The translations under genes were made by a program, and so were the position numbers. Shown here in pieces: positions 9,158-18,953 of a stretch of 64,000 bases of DNA. The notes beneath the pieces are model-generated. The model saw only the letters and a list, made by a program, of their open reading frames with translations. It did no database searches and was not told the origin of the DNA. Source of the DNA: Terriglobia bacterium (GTDB taxonomy: Bacteria; Acidobacteriota; Terriglobia; 20CM-2-55-15); contig CAXWPJ010000002.1 in assembly GCA_963664115.2 (NCBI GenBank), positions 864,001 through 928,000 on the forward strand, given 5' to 3'. Position 1 is the first letter of the stretch; the number at the start of each line of letters is the position of its first letter.

Positions 9158-11609
9158 AGAAAGAGTCGTCGTAATCGGAAACGGAATGGGGGGGGCGCGA
9201 TTTGTGGAGGAACTTCTCGCCTGTAACGGTGACGCACGCTACGACATCGTCATGTTCGGCGACGAGCCTTACGGTAACTACAACCGAATCCTGCTTTCGA
9301 ACGTTCTCGCGGGCACGCACGAGCCCAAGGACATTTTCATGAATCCGCTTCGATGGTACGCGGAAAACAACATCCGGTTGCATGCCGGAGTCCGTGTGGA
9401 GTCGATAGCCAGGGAATCGAAAACAGTGTCTGGAGCCGGCGGAATCGAGGAAGCATACGATCACCTCGTGTTTGCTACCGGTTCGCGACCGTTCATTCCG
9501 CCAACACAGGGGATAGCCAGCGATACCGGTGTGTTCAAAGAGGGTGTCTTTGTCTTCCGGACCCTGGACGACTCTCTGGAAATAATGAAGTTCGCCAAGA
9601 CGGCAAAGAGGGCCGTCGTGATTGGTGGTGGTTTGCTCGGATTGGAAGCGGCTCGCGGTCTCCTGAACCTCGGTCTTGAAGTGCACGTGGTCGAACTTGC
9701 TCCCCACCCCATGGCGGTTCAGCTGGATGCCGGGGCCGGCGCCATACTGACACGAACTCTTGAGGAAATCGGAATTCATGTTCACGCCGGGATCTCGGTC
9801 AGCATGGCTCTGGGTGATGGACACGTTGAAGGCGTGGTTCTCAGCGACGGCAACGTTGAACCCTGCGACATGCTGGTGATCAGTGCCGGCATCCGGTCAA
9901 ACACGCAACTCGCCGCTCGGGCGGACCTCGCAGTCGAACGTGGAATCGTAGTGGGTGACGACCTGGCTTCGGTGACGGACCCTGCGATTTACGCGATTGG
10001 CGAGTGTGCCCAGCACCGGGGAAAGACCTATGGACTCGTCGCTCCGACCTGGGAACAGGCGGCAATCCTGGCCGCCCGTCTCGGCGGATCGAATCCGACG
10101 GCCACATACGAAGGCTCCTCTACCTCCACCAAGTTGAAAGTCATGGGAGTGGATCTGCTGGCCATTGGAGAAAAAGAGGCCGCCAGCGAAAGCGATGAGG
10201 TCCTTACGTTTTCGAACCCCACCGCCGGGGTATACAAGAAGGTCGTTGTCCGGGACGGAAAGCTCGTCGGCGCGATTCTTCTGGGTGACTCTCTCGGCAG
10301 TCCACGGCTTCTGGAGGCGTTTCACCGCGCGGGTGAACTTCCCGAAGAGCGGGCCGATCTGCTGTTTCCAGCCGCGGCTGAAACTCCTGGGATTGCTAAG
10401 GTCGAGGATGTGCCCGATTCGTTCCAGATTTGTAACTGCAACGGTGTGTCTAAAGGCGCGATCCTGGAGGCTGTCAAGTCTGGCCACAACTCCCTCGGTG
10501 CGGTCTGCGATACCACCAAAGCCGGAACCGGATGCGGTTCTTGCAAGACGCAGGTGCAGGCTCTTCTCGAAGCGGCATCGGACGCTCCCCTTACGGAAGA
10601 CCCTTCGGTTCATTACTACGTTCCAGCCATTGCTCTCGGTAAGCCCGATTTGATTCAAGCCATCAGAAAAGGAAACCTCCGGAGTGTATCTGCCGTTCTA
10701 GATGCGCTTGCCGGGGGTGGAGGTGATGCCAAGAGCAAGATTGGACTGGCATCGTTGCTGAAGATCGTCTGGGGTACCGGATACGACGACGAACGTGATG
10801 CGCGTTTTATCAACGATCGTGTCCACGCAAACATTCAGAACGACGGGATGTTCAGTGTAGTCCCGAGAATCCTGGGTGGCGTCGTCACGCCCAGCCAGCT
10901 CCGGACCATTGCCGACGTTGCCGAAAAGTATGCGGTCCCCATGGTGAAGATCACCGGCGGACAACGCATCGACCTGCTCGGCGTTTCGAAGGCGCAGCTC
11001 CCCGACGTTTGGCGAGACCTGGGCATGCGGTCGGGTCATGCGTATACGAAGGCAGTTCGAACCGTGAAAACGTGTGTGGGCGAGGAGTTTTGCCGCTTCG
11101 GCCTTGGAAACAGCACGAAACTTGGGATAGAGATCGAAAGAAAGTTTCAGGGCATGGAGACACCCCACAAGGTCAAGATGGCGGCGTCGGCGTGTCCGCG
11201 CAACTGCGCCGAGTCGACGACCAAGGACCTGGGTGTGGTCGCCATCGAGGGAGGGCGCTGGGAGATCTATGTCGGTGGTGCGGCTGGCTCGAGCGTTCGC
11301 AAGGGCGATCTCCTGTGCGTCGTCGACAATCATGAGGATGTTTTGAAATATACGGGACGCTTTCTCCAGTACTACCGCGAAAACGCCAAATATCTGGAAC
11401 GGACTTATGGCTTTGTTGAAAGGATTGGCATCGAAGCACTGCGGCGGATTTTGATCAACGACGACGAGGCCATAGCAGAGCGCCTGGATCGGGATATCGA
11501 CGCGGCTGCCGCGGCCTACACCGACCCATGGGCCGAAGGCGCGGATCCGGTTCACCCCCTGCAGTTTTCTGAAGAGCTGGTATCCATCGAAGCGGGGGTG
11601 GCCTTATGA
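9147..11609 (+). CDS. nirB: NAD(P)H-dependent nitrite reductase large subunit
   Basis: GNGMGG FAD motif, GGGLLGLE, ICNCNG...GCGSC, HANIQ, siroheme ligands CVGEEFC and ACPRNC. Start at ATG 9147 overlaps the nasA end. Confidence 0.93.
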   Translation: MKPKERVVVIGNGMGGARFVEELLACNGDARYDIVMFGDEPYGNYNRILLSNVLAGTHEPKDIFMNPLRWYAENNIRLHAGVRVESIARESKTVSGAGGIEEAYDHLVFATGSRPFIPPTQGIASDTGVFKEGVFVFRTLDDSLEIMKFAKTAKRAVVIGGGLLGLEAARGLLNLGLEVHVVELAPHPMAVQLDAGAGAILTRTLEEIGIHVHAGISVSMALGDGHVEGVVLSDGNVEPCDMLVISAGIRSNTQLAARADLAVERGIVVGDDLASVTDPAIYAIGECAQHRGKTYGLVAPTWEQAAILAARLGGSNPTATYEGSSTSTKLKVMGVDLLAIGEKEAASESDEVLTFSNPTAGVYKKVVVRDGKLVGAILLGDSLGSPRLLEAFHRAGELPEERADLLFPAAAETPGIAKVEDVPDSFQICNCNGVSKGAILEAVKSGHNSLGAVCDTTKAGTGCGSCKTQVQALLEAASDAPLTEDPSVHYYVPAIALGKPDLIQAIRKGNLRSVSAVLDALAGGGGDAKSKIGLASLLKIVWGTGYDDERDARFINDRVHANIQNDGMFSVVPRILGGVVTPSQLRTIADVAEKYAVPMVKITGGQRIDLLGVSKAQLPDVWRDLGMRSGHAYTKAVRTVKTCVGEEFCRFGLGNSTKLGIEIERKFQGMETPHKVKMAASACPRNCAESTTKDLGVVAIEGGRWEIYVGGAAGSSVRKGDLLCVVDNHEDVLKYTGRFLQYYRENAKYLERTYGFVERIGIEALRRILINDDEAIAERLDRDIDAAAAAYTDPWAEGADPVHPLQFSEELVSIEAGVAL

Positions 11610-11944
11610 AAATAACGGCGCCAACGCCTGGAAACTTGGTCCTCAACCTCGGACCTGCCGCGCGGATTCCGCCGGGTGAAGGCCGGTCTGTTCGGTTTGG
11701 CGATCTGTCGATTGCCGTCTTTCGAGTGCGTAACGGTGACGTGTTCGTGACGGATGCCAGATGTCCCCACAAGAGTGGACCCCTCGCCGACGGAACCATC
11801 GGCAACCGGACCATCGTCTGCCCGCTCCACGCCTGTGGCTTCGACCTGGAAACAGGGGCGGGGGTTGGACACGGTTGCGGCCGAGTGAAGTCATTCCCTG
11901 TAGAGATCAACAACGACGGCGACATTTTGGTTGGCGTGGACTAG
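11606..11944 (+). CDS. nirD: Nitrite reductase small subunit (Rieske)
   Basis: CPH...CPLH Rieske motifs; ATGA overlap with nirB. Confidence 0.88.
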   Translation: MKITAPTPGNLVLNLGPAARIPPGEGRSVRFGDLSIAVFRVRNGDVFVTDARCPHKSGPLADGTIGNRTIVCPLHACGFDLETGAGVGHGCGRVKSFPVEINNDGDILVGVD

Positions 11945-11954
11945 AGACACCTCG

Positions 11955-13289
11955 GTGGATTTCAAGAACAAGGCGACGCGAATAGATTTGTTCGGCTTCG
12001 GTACGATCCCGATGCGGACTTTTCATATGACCTGGCTCGCGTTCTTTCTGTGTTTCTTCGGTTGGTTCGGCATTGCCCCGCTCATGGCCGTTGTCCGGGA
12101 AGACCTGAACCTGACGCGGGAGCAGGTCGGCAATACGGTCATCGCGTCCGTCTTGATAACGGTATTCGGCCGGATTTTTATGGGATGGCTGTGCGACAAG
12201 ATCGGGCCTCGGAAAGCGTACACCTACCTTCTGGTGTTGGGATCGATTCCCGTTATGGGCATTGGGTTGTCCAATAGCTACGAATCGTTTTTGTTGTTCC
12301 GCCTCGCAATTGGCGCGATTGGAGCATCGTTTGTGATCACCCAGTACCACACGTCGGTAATGTTTGCACCAAATGTCGTGGGCACAGCCAACGCGACGAC
12401 CGCCGGATGGGGCAACCTCGGGGCCGGCTTCACGCAAGCGCTTATGCCGCTGATCCTGTCGATAACCCTGACGTTTGTGGCGGCAGAATCTGCCGGCTGG
12501 CGGATTGCAATGATAATTCCGGGCATGACGCTCCTCATCGCCGCAGTCTTCTACTGGAAGCTCACATCGGATTCACCCGATGGAAACTACGCCGACCTGC
12601 GGGCACGCAAGCGAATGGCGCCTTCGAGCTCAGCCAACAGTACCTTTTGGCAAGCTGCAAGGGACACTCGTGTTTGGGCACTGTTTGCGATCTACGGAGC
12701 GTGTTTCGGAGTCGAGCTGACAATGAGCAACATCGCGGCCCTCTATTATTTTGACTACTTCGGCCTGAGCCTCCAGAACGCCGGACTCGTCGCCGCACTG
12801 TTCGGCGGGATGAACATCTTCACGCGGACGCTGGGTGGATTTATCGGAGACAAGTGTGGCGGCCGCTGGGGCTTGAAGGGGCGCGTTCGATTCATGGGCG
12901 TCATTCTCTTCATGGAAGGTTTGGCGCTAATCCTGTTCTCTCGAATGACATTGCTTCCGCTGGCAGTGGGCGCCATGGTCTTGACGGCCCTCTGTGTACA
13001 GATGTCGAATGGCGCAACATACTCGGTCGTACCTTTCGTCAACAAGCGCGCTCTGGGTTCGGTCGCCGGTATAGTCGGTGCGGGAGGCAACGCGGGCGCG
13101 GTGGCCGCAGGATTCCTGTTCCGGAACCCGAATCTGGCCTGGCCGACGGCCATGCTGATTCTGGGCGCCAGCGTCGCCCTTGTTTCGACGCTGTCGCTGT
13201 GGGTACGATTCAGCGAAGCAGATGAAGTGGCTGTCCGGAAGGAAATAGCAGCGCGGCTCGATATCGTTTCGGCAGGTGCAGAGGCGTAA
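11955..13289 (+). CDS. narK: MFS nitrate/nitrite transporter (NNP/NarK family)
   Basis: Multiple transmembrane helices, AGWGNLG and GAGGNAG nitrate signatures, FGVELT. Probable GTG start at 11955. Confidence 0.9.
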   Translation: MDFKNKATRIDLFGFGTIPMRTFHMTWLAFFLCFFGWFGIAPLMAVVREDLNLTREQVGNTVIASVLITVFGRIFMGWLCDKIGPRKAYTYLLVLGSIPVMGIGLSNSYESFLLFRLAIGAIGASFVITQYHTSVMFAPNVVGTANATTAGWGNLGAGFTQALMPLILSITLTFVAAESAGWRIAMIIPGMTLLIAAVFYWKLTSDSPDGNYADLRARKRMAPSSSANSTFWQAARDTRVWALFAIYGACFGVELTMSNIAALYYFDYFGLSLQNAGLVAALFGGMNIFTRTLGGFIGDKCGGRWGLKGRVRFMGVILFMEGLALILFSRMTLLPLAVGAMVLTALCVQMSNGATYSVVPFVNKRALGSVAGIVGAGGNAGAVAAGFLFRNPNLAWPTAMLILGASVALVSTLSLWVRFSEADEVAVRKEIAARLDIVSAGAEA

Positions 13290-13339
13290 TGCCCTGGACA
13301 GATCGCCGCCGCGGATTCTAGGCGAGCGAATAGATGGCG

Positions 13340-13369
13340 TTGACAACGTTCGGGCATCGACCGGATAAT
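13340..13369 (+). promoter_or_regulatory. Sigma70 promoter TTGACA-N18-GATAAT for the activator gene
   Basis: Perfect -35 and 5/6 -10, about 140 nt upstream of the ORF. Confidence 0.65.
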
Positions 13370-13417
13370 GTAAGTCGTTTATTGAGAGGGTTGGTGTGAC
13401 AGCGGTGGTCGCACTAC

Positions 13418-13454
13418 TTGGCATCGGGGCCGGCTCTCTCGGACATTGTCGTCC
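13418..13454 (+). promoter_or_regulatory. ANTAR-type dual hexaloop RNA motif (P1/P2)
   Basis: GGC-ATCGGG-GCC and GGAC-ATTGTC-GTCC; both loops have A1 and G4, with a 9-nt linker. P2 overlaps the terminator. Confidence 0.75.
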
Positions 13455-13495
13455 ATGGTGCGTAGTTTCTTGACGCGCCCTGGGCGTTTTTTTTT
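13450..13495 (+). terminator. Intrinsic terminator/attenuator in the leader of the NifA-like gene
   Basis: Stem CGTCCATGGTGCGT / ACGCGCCCTGGGCG (14 positions, 1 mismatch, 2 G-U), 9-nt loop, T9 tract. Confidence 0.8.
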
Positions 13496-13506
13496 GCTGT
13501 TTTCGT

Positions 13507-15084
13507 ATGCGGGATCAGGATTTGAGTACACGTTTGTCGGACGGTAGAACGATGGGTCGATCGGGCGCTGAACAGCTCGAAGCGCTCGTCGAGATTGGAG
13601 ATGCGCTTTCTGCGGCGCTGTCCCCGGCGAGGGCTTTCGAGGGTGTTCTGGAGGTTCTGGAACGCAGGCGAGGCGCCATGCGTGGCGCGGTCACGCTCTT
13701 AAACAGTAAGTCCGGCGAGATTCAGATTGAGGCCTCAAGTGGCCTGAGTGCCGCAGGGAGGGCGGCGCGATACCGGCTGGGCGAGGGGATCATGGGACGC
13801 GTGGTTGAAAGCGGGAAGCCTATCGTGGTTCCCCAAGTGAGTCGCGAGCCTACCTTTTTAAACCGGGCAGGTCAACGCCAGGATCTGCACAAGAAGGAAC
13901 TCACCTATCTGTGTGTCCCAATTTTCGTCAACGGACGTTCCGTTGGCGCGCTCGGTGTGGACCTGAAGTATGCCGAAAGCCGGGATTACGACTCAGAGTT
14001 GAACTGTCTTAAAGTGGCGGCGGCGATGATGGCTCAGGCGATCAAAGCCGATCACCTGGTCGATGAAGAGCGCCGTCGTTTGAAGGACGAGAATACTCAC
14101 CTGCTTGAGGAACTGAAAGAGAAATACGAATTCTCGGGGATCATTGGCACGACCGGCGCGATGCGCCAGGTGTATGAACAAGTGGCCCAGGTCGCGCATA
14201 CAAAAACCACGGTCGTGATTCGGGGAGAGTCCGGCACCGGCAAGGAACTGATCGCGCACGCGATTCACTACAACTCCCCTCGGGCGGAAAAGCCCTTCAT
14301 CAAAGTCAATTGCGCAGCTCTGCCTGAAACTTTGATCGAGTCCGAGTTATTTGGTTACGAGCGAGGCGCATTTACCGGCGCCTCCGCGCGCAAGAAGGGC
14401 CGCTTCGAACTTGCCGAGGGCGGCACACTTTTCCTGGACGAAATCGGTGAAATTAAAGTCGCAACACAGGTGAAACTGCTGCGGGCGCTGCAGGAACGGG
14501 AATTTGAGCGCCTGGGTGGTACCGAAACGATTCGGGTCAATGTCCGGCTCATTGCGGCGACGAATAAAGATCTTGAGCAGGCGATCGCAGACGGCACGTT
14601 CCGCGAAGATCTCTACTATCGGCTTAACGTTTTTTCAATCGCTGTGCCTCCCTTACGGGAACGTAAGACCGATCTGTTGTTGTTGGCGGATCACTTTCTG
14701 CAAAAATGTTCCAAGGACCACAAGAAAGGGATTCGCCGCATATCGACTGCGGCCATCGACATGTTCATGAGCTATCACTGGCCTGGAAACGTCAGGGAAT
14801 TGGAGAACGTGATCGAGCGCGCCGTTTTGGTTTGCGGCGACGGCGGCGTCATTCATGGCCATCACCTGCCGCCGACGCTGCAGACCGCGCAGGCTTCGGG
14901 AACAATGCCAAGTCTTTCGCTATCCGAAGCTGTGGAGGCCTATGAGAGGGACATTCTTCTGGATTCGCTGAAGTCGACGCAAGGAAACCGCGCTCAGGCC
15001 GCGCGGCTTCTCGGCACAACCGCCCGCATCCTCAACTACAAGGTTCGCAAATACGGAATCGACAACCGACGATTTGCCCGATAA
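13507..15084 (+). CDS. NifA-subfamily sigma54-dependent activator (GAF + AAA+ + Fis HTH)
   Basis: GAF (GEGIMGRV, LCVPI), GESGTGKE, GAFTGA, LFLDEIGE, FREDLYYRLNV, WPGNVREL, C-terminal HTH. The start may be ATG 13552. Confidence 0.92.
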   Translation: MRDQDLSTRLSDGRTMGRSGAEQLEALVEIGDALSAALSPARAFEGVLEVLERRRGAMRGAVTLLNSKSGEIQIEASSGLSAAGRAARYRLGEGIMGRVVESGKPIVVPQVSREPTFLNRAGQRQDLHKKELTYLCVPIFVNGRSVGALGVDLKYAESRDYDSELNCLKVAAAMMAQAIKADHLVDEERRRLKDENTHLLEELKEKYEFSGIIGTTGAMRQVYEQVAQVAHTKTTVVIRGESGTGKELIAHAIHYNSPRAEKPFIKVNCAALPETLIESELFGYERGAFTGASARKKGRFELAEGGTLFLDEIGEIKVATQVKLLRALQEREFERLGGTETIRVNVRLIAATNKDLEQAIADGTFREDLYYRLNVFSIAVPPLRERKTDLLLLADHFLQKCSKDHKKGIRRISTAAIDMFMSYHWPGNVRELENVIERAVLVCGDGGVIHGHHLPPTLQTAQASGTMPSLSLSEAVEAYERDILLDSLKSTQGNRAQAARLLGTTARILNYKVRKYGIDNRRFAR

Positions 15085-15197
15085 TCGCCAGGCAGGCCAC
15101 TATTCCTCATCCATCGCCTTTCTGATTAGGATCCAGTGTCGTCTCGAAGGCGGTTGTGGGACCGGCGTTCACAATCCCGATTCAGACCGCCCGCACT

Positions 15198-17399
15198 CTA
15201 CCAGTAGAACCGGTACGTCGTCTTGATCTGGACGGCTTGATCTCTTTCGACGAGTCCCAATCCGCGATTCCGGTGTTGGTCGGTAAAGACCACGAACAGA
15301 TTGCTGTCGAGTCCGTAGATCAGATGGAATCGGATCTGGGTACTGAGCTCCTTGTCGCCCTGCTGGGTCAAGTCGTTCCATTGGAAAAAGGCTTCGGCAG
15401 TGGCGCGGGCGGTGAATGGCACTTTGAGCCGGGCCCGCCACAGGTGGGCGGCGAAAGCCCCTTCCGGCAGGGAGATGTCGTTGAACTCGTAGTCCCCCTG
15501 TATTTCGAGGTGAGGCGAGGCGCGCCATACTCCTGAAAGGCCCAGTGCAGTCCGATTGCCTCCGTAGAACTCTCCCCGTGCAAATTCAACGCCCGGCACC
15601 AGCGCGCGGCCATCGAAGCCCTGGTATCCAATGCCCCATCGGTTGAAGTTGTAGTCGCCGGGAGGAACCACCACGTTATCCCGGGCATTGAGGACGAAGG
15701 TTCCGTCCTCGGCGAGGATCCGCTCGAAGTCGCGCGAAACCCGAAAGCGAATCACGTCGCCTGAGTCCAGCTCATTGGATGTTTCAAACAGCCATCGACG
15801 CGTGTCCAGTACGTTTTCCTGATCGGTCAGGTAGCTCAGGTCGGTGGAGAAATTCACCTTCCGGGCCCAGCTCCGGTTCAAGCGCCAGCTGCGTCGCAAC
15901 CTCCCTGTTTGCCGCCGAATGTTGTCCCGGCGAACAAAGCCCATGGCGGGATCGAAGCCTTCTTCCACCGAAAGCGTGCGGAAGCTGGCCTCCCACAGGT
16001 CCTGGTCGTAGGTCAGGGCGCCGGAGAAGGAGACCGGCCGTTCGTCCTTTTTCTCATCGTCGACAACAGCGATAAAACCTTCGGCCCGAAGATTGTTTCC
16101 CAACCAGATAAGAGCGTCCTGGCCGAATGCGCGGTTGGACCCGATATCGGAAGAAGCCGAGGTGAACATACCTCCGATGTAGGACCGAGCGCCTATGTTC
16201 CAGCGGATGCGTCCGGTGCTCAGATTCGCGCTGGGAGATGCTGGGTGGTTCTCTGTTTGCGTAGTGAGCACGCCCACGTCGAAAGCCCCGACCTTCCCAC
16301 TGAGACGGGCCCCGCCCAAAATCGGGATGGCCTGCCCGTTTACAAGCCCGATACGGCGGCTGAAGAAAAGCTGGGTATCCTGATTGAGCCCGAAATTGAA
16401 CAGCTGCGCGTTCTCCAGGAAGAACTCCCGTTTTTCCGGAAGGAACAGGGAGAAACGCGTCAGGTTGACCTGCTGGTCGTCGACCTCCACTTGAGCGAAA
16501 TTTGTGTTGTAGGTCAGATCGAGCGATAGAGAGGAACTGACTGACATTTTCAGATCCGCTCCTCCCTCCAGCTCGGACTCCGCACCGTTGACGCCCCTCG
16601 ATCGGGTGCCCCCGATCAAGCCGTAGGGAATAACTTGTATGTTGCGAGCGGCCCCAATCCCGGACATTCCGTCAAGATGGCCGTAGGTATCTGCGCGGGT
16701 GAGAGAAAAACTGGGAGGCATCGGCGCCCAACTCGATGTCTCGTTCTTGCGTTGGATCACCCTCTGAATGTTGAAACCCCAGGTGCCTCCGCCCCCGGCT
16801 GGAAACCGAAAAGCACGGAACGGAATGCGGAATTCCACGCTCCATCCGTCTGCGTGAATCTGGGTTCGAACGTCGGTTACCGCATCCCAGCTCTGATTCC
16901 ACGTGTTGTTGTCGATCTGCGTGTCCTGCTTGGTTCCGAGCGGGTTGATCGAAAACACATAGGCTCGCCGGTGATCGTGAAACGTATCCAAAGCAATACG
17001 GACGGCGTCGTCTTTCCTGTACACGTCATCGTCCCTGTAGCCCAGGGTGTTTCGGACGATCCCGTCGGGATCGGAATCGTAACAGTAGACGCTGATATAA
17101 AGAGACTCCGAGTCGTAGACGAGGCGCACCTCGGTCCGCTCCGTGGATGGAGCGCCCGAATCGGGTTCCAGCTGTGTAAATTGTCCCATGACGTCTGCCT
17201 GCTCCCAGGCAGGATCGGACAGGTCGCCGTCGACGGTGGGAGGAGTCTCGACAAATGTCACAGGGTAACGATATTCATTGTTCTGTCCCGGGTTCTCTTG
17301 CGCTCTCACCGTCAGCGGGTTCGAACCCAACAGGAGTGCGATGAGCGTCGACAAGAGAACATGGGCGGTTCGATGGGATCGTCCGGGCGGCTTCGTCAT
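15198..17399 (-). CDS. DUF5916 / carbohydrate-binding family 9 domain protein, secreted or outer membrane
   Basis: PTVDGDLSDPAW, GWSVEFRIPF, NTNFAQVEVD...NLTRFSLFLPEKREFFLE, LFFSRRIG, aromatic C-terminus. Confidence 0.8.
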   Translation of the reverse strand: MTKPPGRSHRTAHVLLSTLIALLLGSNPLTVRAQENPGQNNEYRYPVTFVETPPTVDGDLSDPAWEQADVMGQFTQLEPDSGAPSTERTEVRLVYDSESLYISVYCYDSDPDGIVRNTLGYRDDDVYRKDDAVRIALDTFHDHRRAYVFSINPLGTKQDTQIDNNTWNQSWDAVTDVRTQIHADGWSVEFRIPFRAFRFPAGGGGTWGFNIQRVIQRKNETSSWAPMPPSFSLTRADTYGHLDGMSGIGAARNIQVIPYGLIGGTRSRGVNGAESELEGGADLKMSVSSSLSLDLTYNTNFAQVEVDDQQVNLTRFSLFLPEKREFFLENAQLFNFGLNQDTQLFFSRRIGLVNGQAIPILGGARLSGKVGAFDVGVLTTQTENHPASPSANLSTGRIRWNIGARSYIGGMFTSASSDIGSNRAFGQDALIWLGNNLRAEGFIAVVDDEKKDERPVSFSGALTYDQDLWEASFRTLSVEEGFDPAMGFVRRDNIRRQTGRLRRSWRLNRSWARKVNFSTDLSYLTDQENVLDTRRWLFETSNELDSGDVIRFRVSRDFERILAEDGTFVLNARDNVVVPPGDYNFNRWGIGYQGFDGRALVPGVEFARGEFYGGNRTALGLSGVWRASPHLEIQGDYEFNDISLPEGAFAAHLWRARLKVPFTARATAEAFFQWNDLTQQGDKELSTQIRFHLIYGLDSNLFVVFTDQHRNRGLGLVERDQAVQIKTTYRFYW

Positions 17400-17560
17400 A
17401 ATGGGTTCCGGCGCGTTCTGCCCGGGACGACCATCGTACCATCCCTCAACTTGAAAAAGAGTGAAGCTGCCATCAACAGATGGGTGTCGAGGAAGGCGAA
17501 ATTCCGCAGCCTGCCTTTTCCTTCCGATGTGATATTTCGATCACGCACAAAGCCCATCGA

Positions 17561-17710
17561 CGGGTGGAGGCCTCCCGTGCCTTGATCGAGGCTGGCGAGG
17601 CATCGCTTGTGGCTGCGGGCGACCGGCACGTGGAAAGAATATTCGACCTGAGTGAGGACATCCTGGCACCCTGCACGGGTTGCCACGAGTTGTATCTGCT
17701 TGCGGATTGA
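17561..17710 (+). pseudogene. 3-prime remnant of a cytochrome c'-like (C-terminal CxxCH) gene
   Basis: ASRALIEAGEASLVAA...ILAPCTGCHELY with no signal peptide or plausible N-terminal half. Confidence 0.55.
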
Positions 17711-17853
17711 TTCGAGCTTTCGCCCGCGGGAACGGTCTACCAACCGATCGTCGCTTGGGGACAGTGAAGTCAGCCTTGGCTCCGGTCCGGTTGGTTTCTG
17801 GTGACCTCAGCCACGTAACGTAAGCAGAGGCCTAAAGGACAGTGGCCCGAGCG

Positions 17854-18483
17854 CTAGAAAATGCCGTAATCGATGATGTCATCGTAGAAACCTTCAACGG
17901 TGAGTGTGACCGTCACTGGAGATTCAGTGAGGTTGACCCAATACCAGCCGTGCTCGCCATCGAAGGGCGCGACCAGGGAACCGGCGTGACCCGAGCCTTC
18001 CTGGTGCTCTCTGTAACGCACCCAGAACTGGTTGCCTACCGCGGGGTCGTGACCATGAAAATCTGAATAAACCGAGCCCTGATCGACCTGCCACGAATAC
18101 GTGATCACTTTCCCCGCCCGCAGCACAGTCTTGATCTCGGTTTCCCCTTCTGGCGGGATTACGACAGCGAGGGTATCGGTATTTGAAGGTCCCTCTTCAT
18201 CCTGGTGAATCCCAGGGTTGGGCAGCGGGACCGGGTCTCCGAAATCGGGTATTTCAACTTCCCGAACGCTTTCGTTACCGCCTGTTACATCGATAATCTC
18301 CAGGGTTCGTACGGGTTGGTTCAGCACTGTCAGTCCGAACGCTTCCCCGATCCCGGTCGGATCGATGCCGTATTCGGCCGGCAATACGGTGGTGACCAAA
18401 ACAAGCACAGCAACGATGGCGGCACCGAGAGTCCCCTGCGCGATGCGTTTGCGTGATGCAGTTTGTGGGTTTGACTCAGACAT
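17854..18483 (-). CDS. Conserved membrane-anchored protein (family often next to HupE/UreJ genes)
   Basis: One TM helix, VLPAEYGIDPTGIG, DFHGH, GSLVAPFDGEHGWYW. Confidence 0.7.
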   Translation of the reverse strand: MSESNPQTASRKRIAQGTLGAAIVAVLVLVTTVLPAEYGIDPTGIGEAFGLTVLNQPVRTLEIIDVTGGNESVREVEIPDFGDPVPLPNPGIHQDEEGPSNTDTLAVVIPPEGETEIKTVLRAGKVITYSWQVDQGSVYSDFHGHDPAVGNQFWVRYREHQEGSGHAGSLVAPFDGEHGWYWVNLTESPVTVTLTVEGFYDDIIDYGIF

Positions 18484-18953
18484 TGAACTCGACCTCCTGG
18501 GTTCGGGTTCGTTTACGGGAATACGATAACACTATCAGAGTTGAGGTATCTCTGAAGTTTTCGTCATTCCAGACGGTCCAAAGGGCATCGGGTCACCGAA
18601 TTCGCGTTTGATATAATCGGGCGACCCCCATCCTTTTGTCAGCTCCGATGAGGTCTGGCGTCACCTCACGGTCATTAGCGAATGCAAAGAGTCCGCATTG
18701 GGGTGGCTGACCCAGGCGCGCCGTGACGGCATTTCGATGAGACACTCGATCGAGAGTGGTTTGCGTTAGTCGGAGGGCAGACTCGCATTCCGGCCTCGGG
18801 TGTGGCGGCGATCTCCAATCAGCTACAATAGCGCCTGGTCTAAACTGAGCGAGGTCGATTGAGTCTGACTGTGATCGGAGCCGCCCCGCCGCTCCGACCT
18901 GTTCGCTCGACCTGAAAACTGTAAACAGCGCGTGAGATCAACGGAGGGTTGCT

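Noticed and set aside
10600-10760. NirB lacking the second BFD-type Cys cluster as a lesion
   Set aside because: I recall the HYYVP...K..L variant as common among NirB homologs, and all other ligands are intact.
13507-15084. Nitrogen fixation inferred from a NifA-like protein
   Set aside because: No nifHDK or cofactor genes; the context is nitrate/nitrite assimilation, so no nifA symbol was assigned.
17396-17743. 115-aa minus-strand ORF overlapping the DUF5916 start
   Set aside because: No motifs; the opposite strand carries the more convincing CxxCH remnant.
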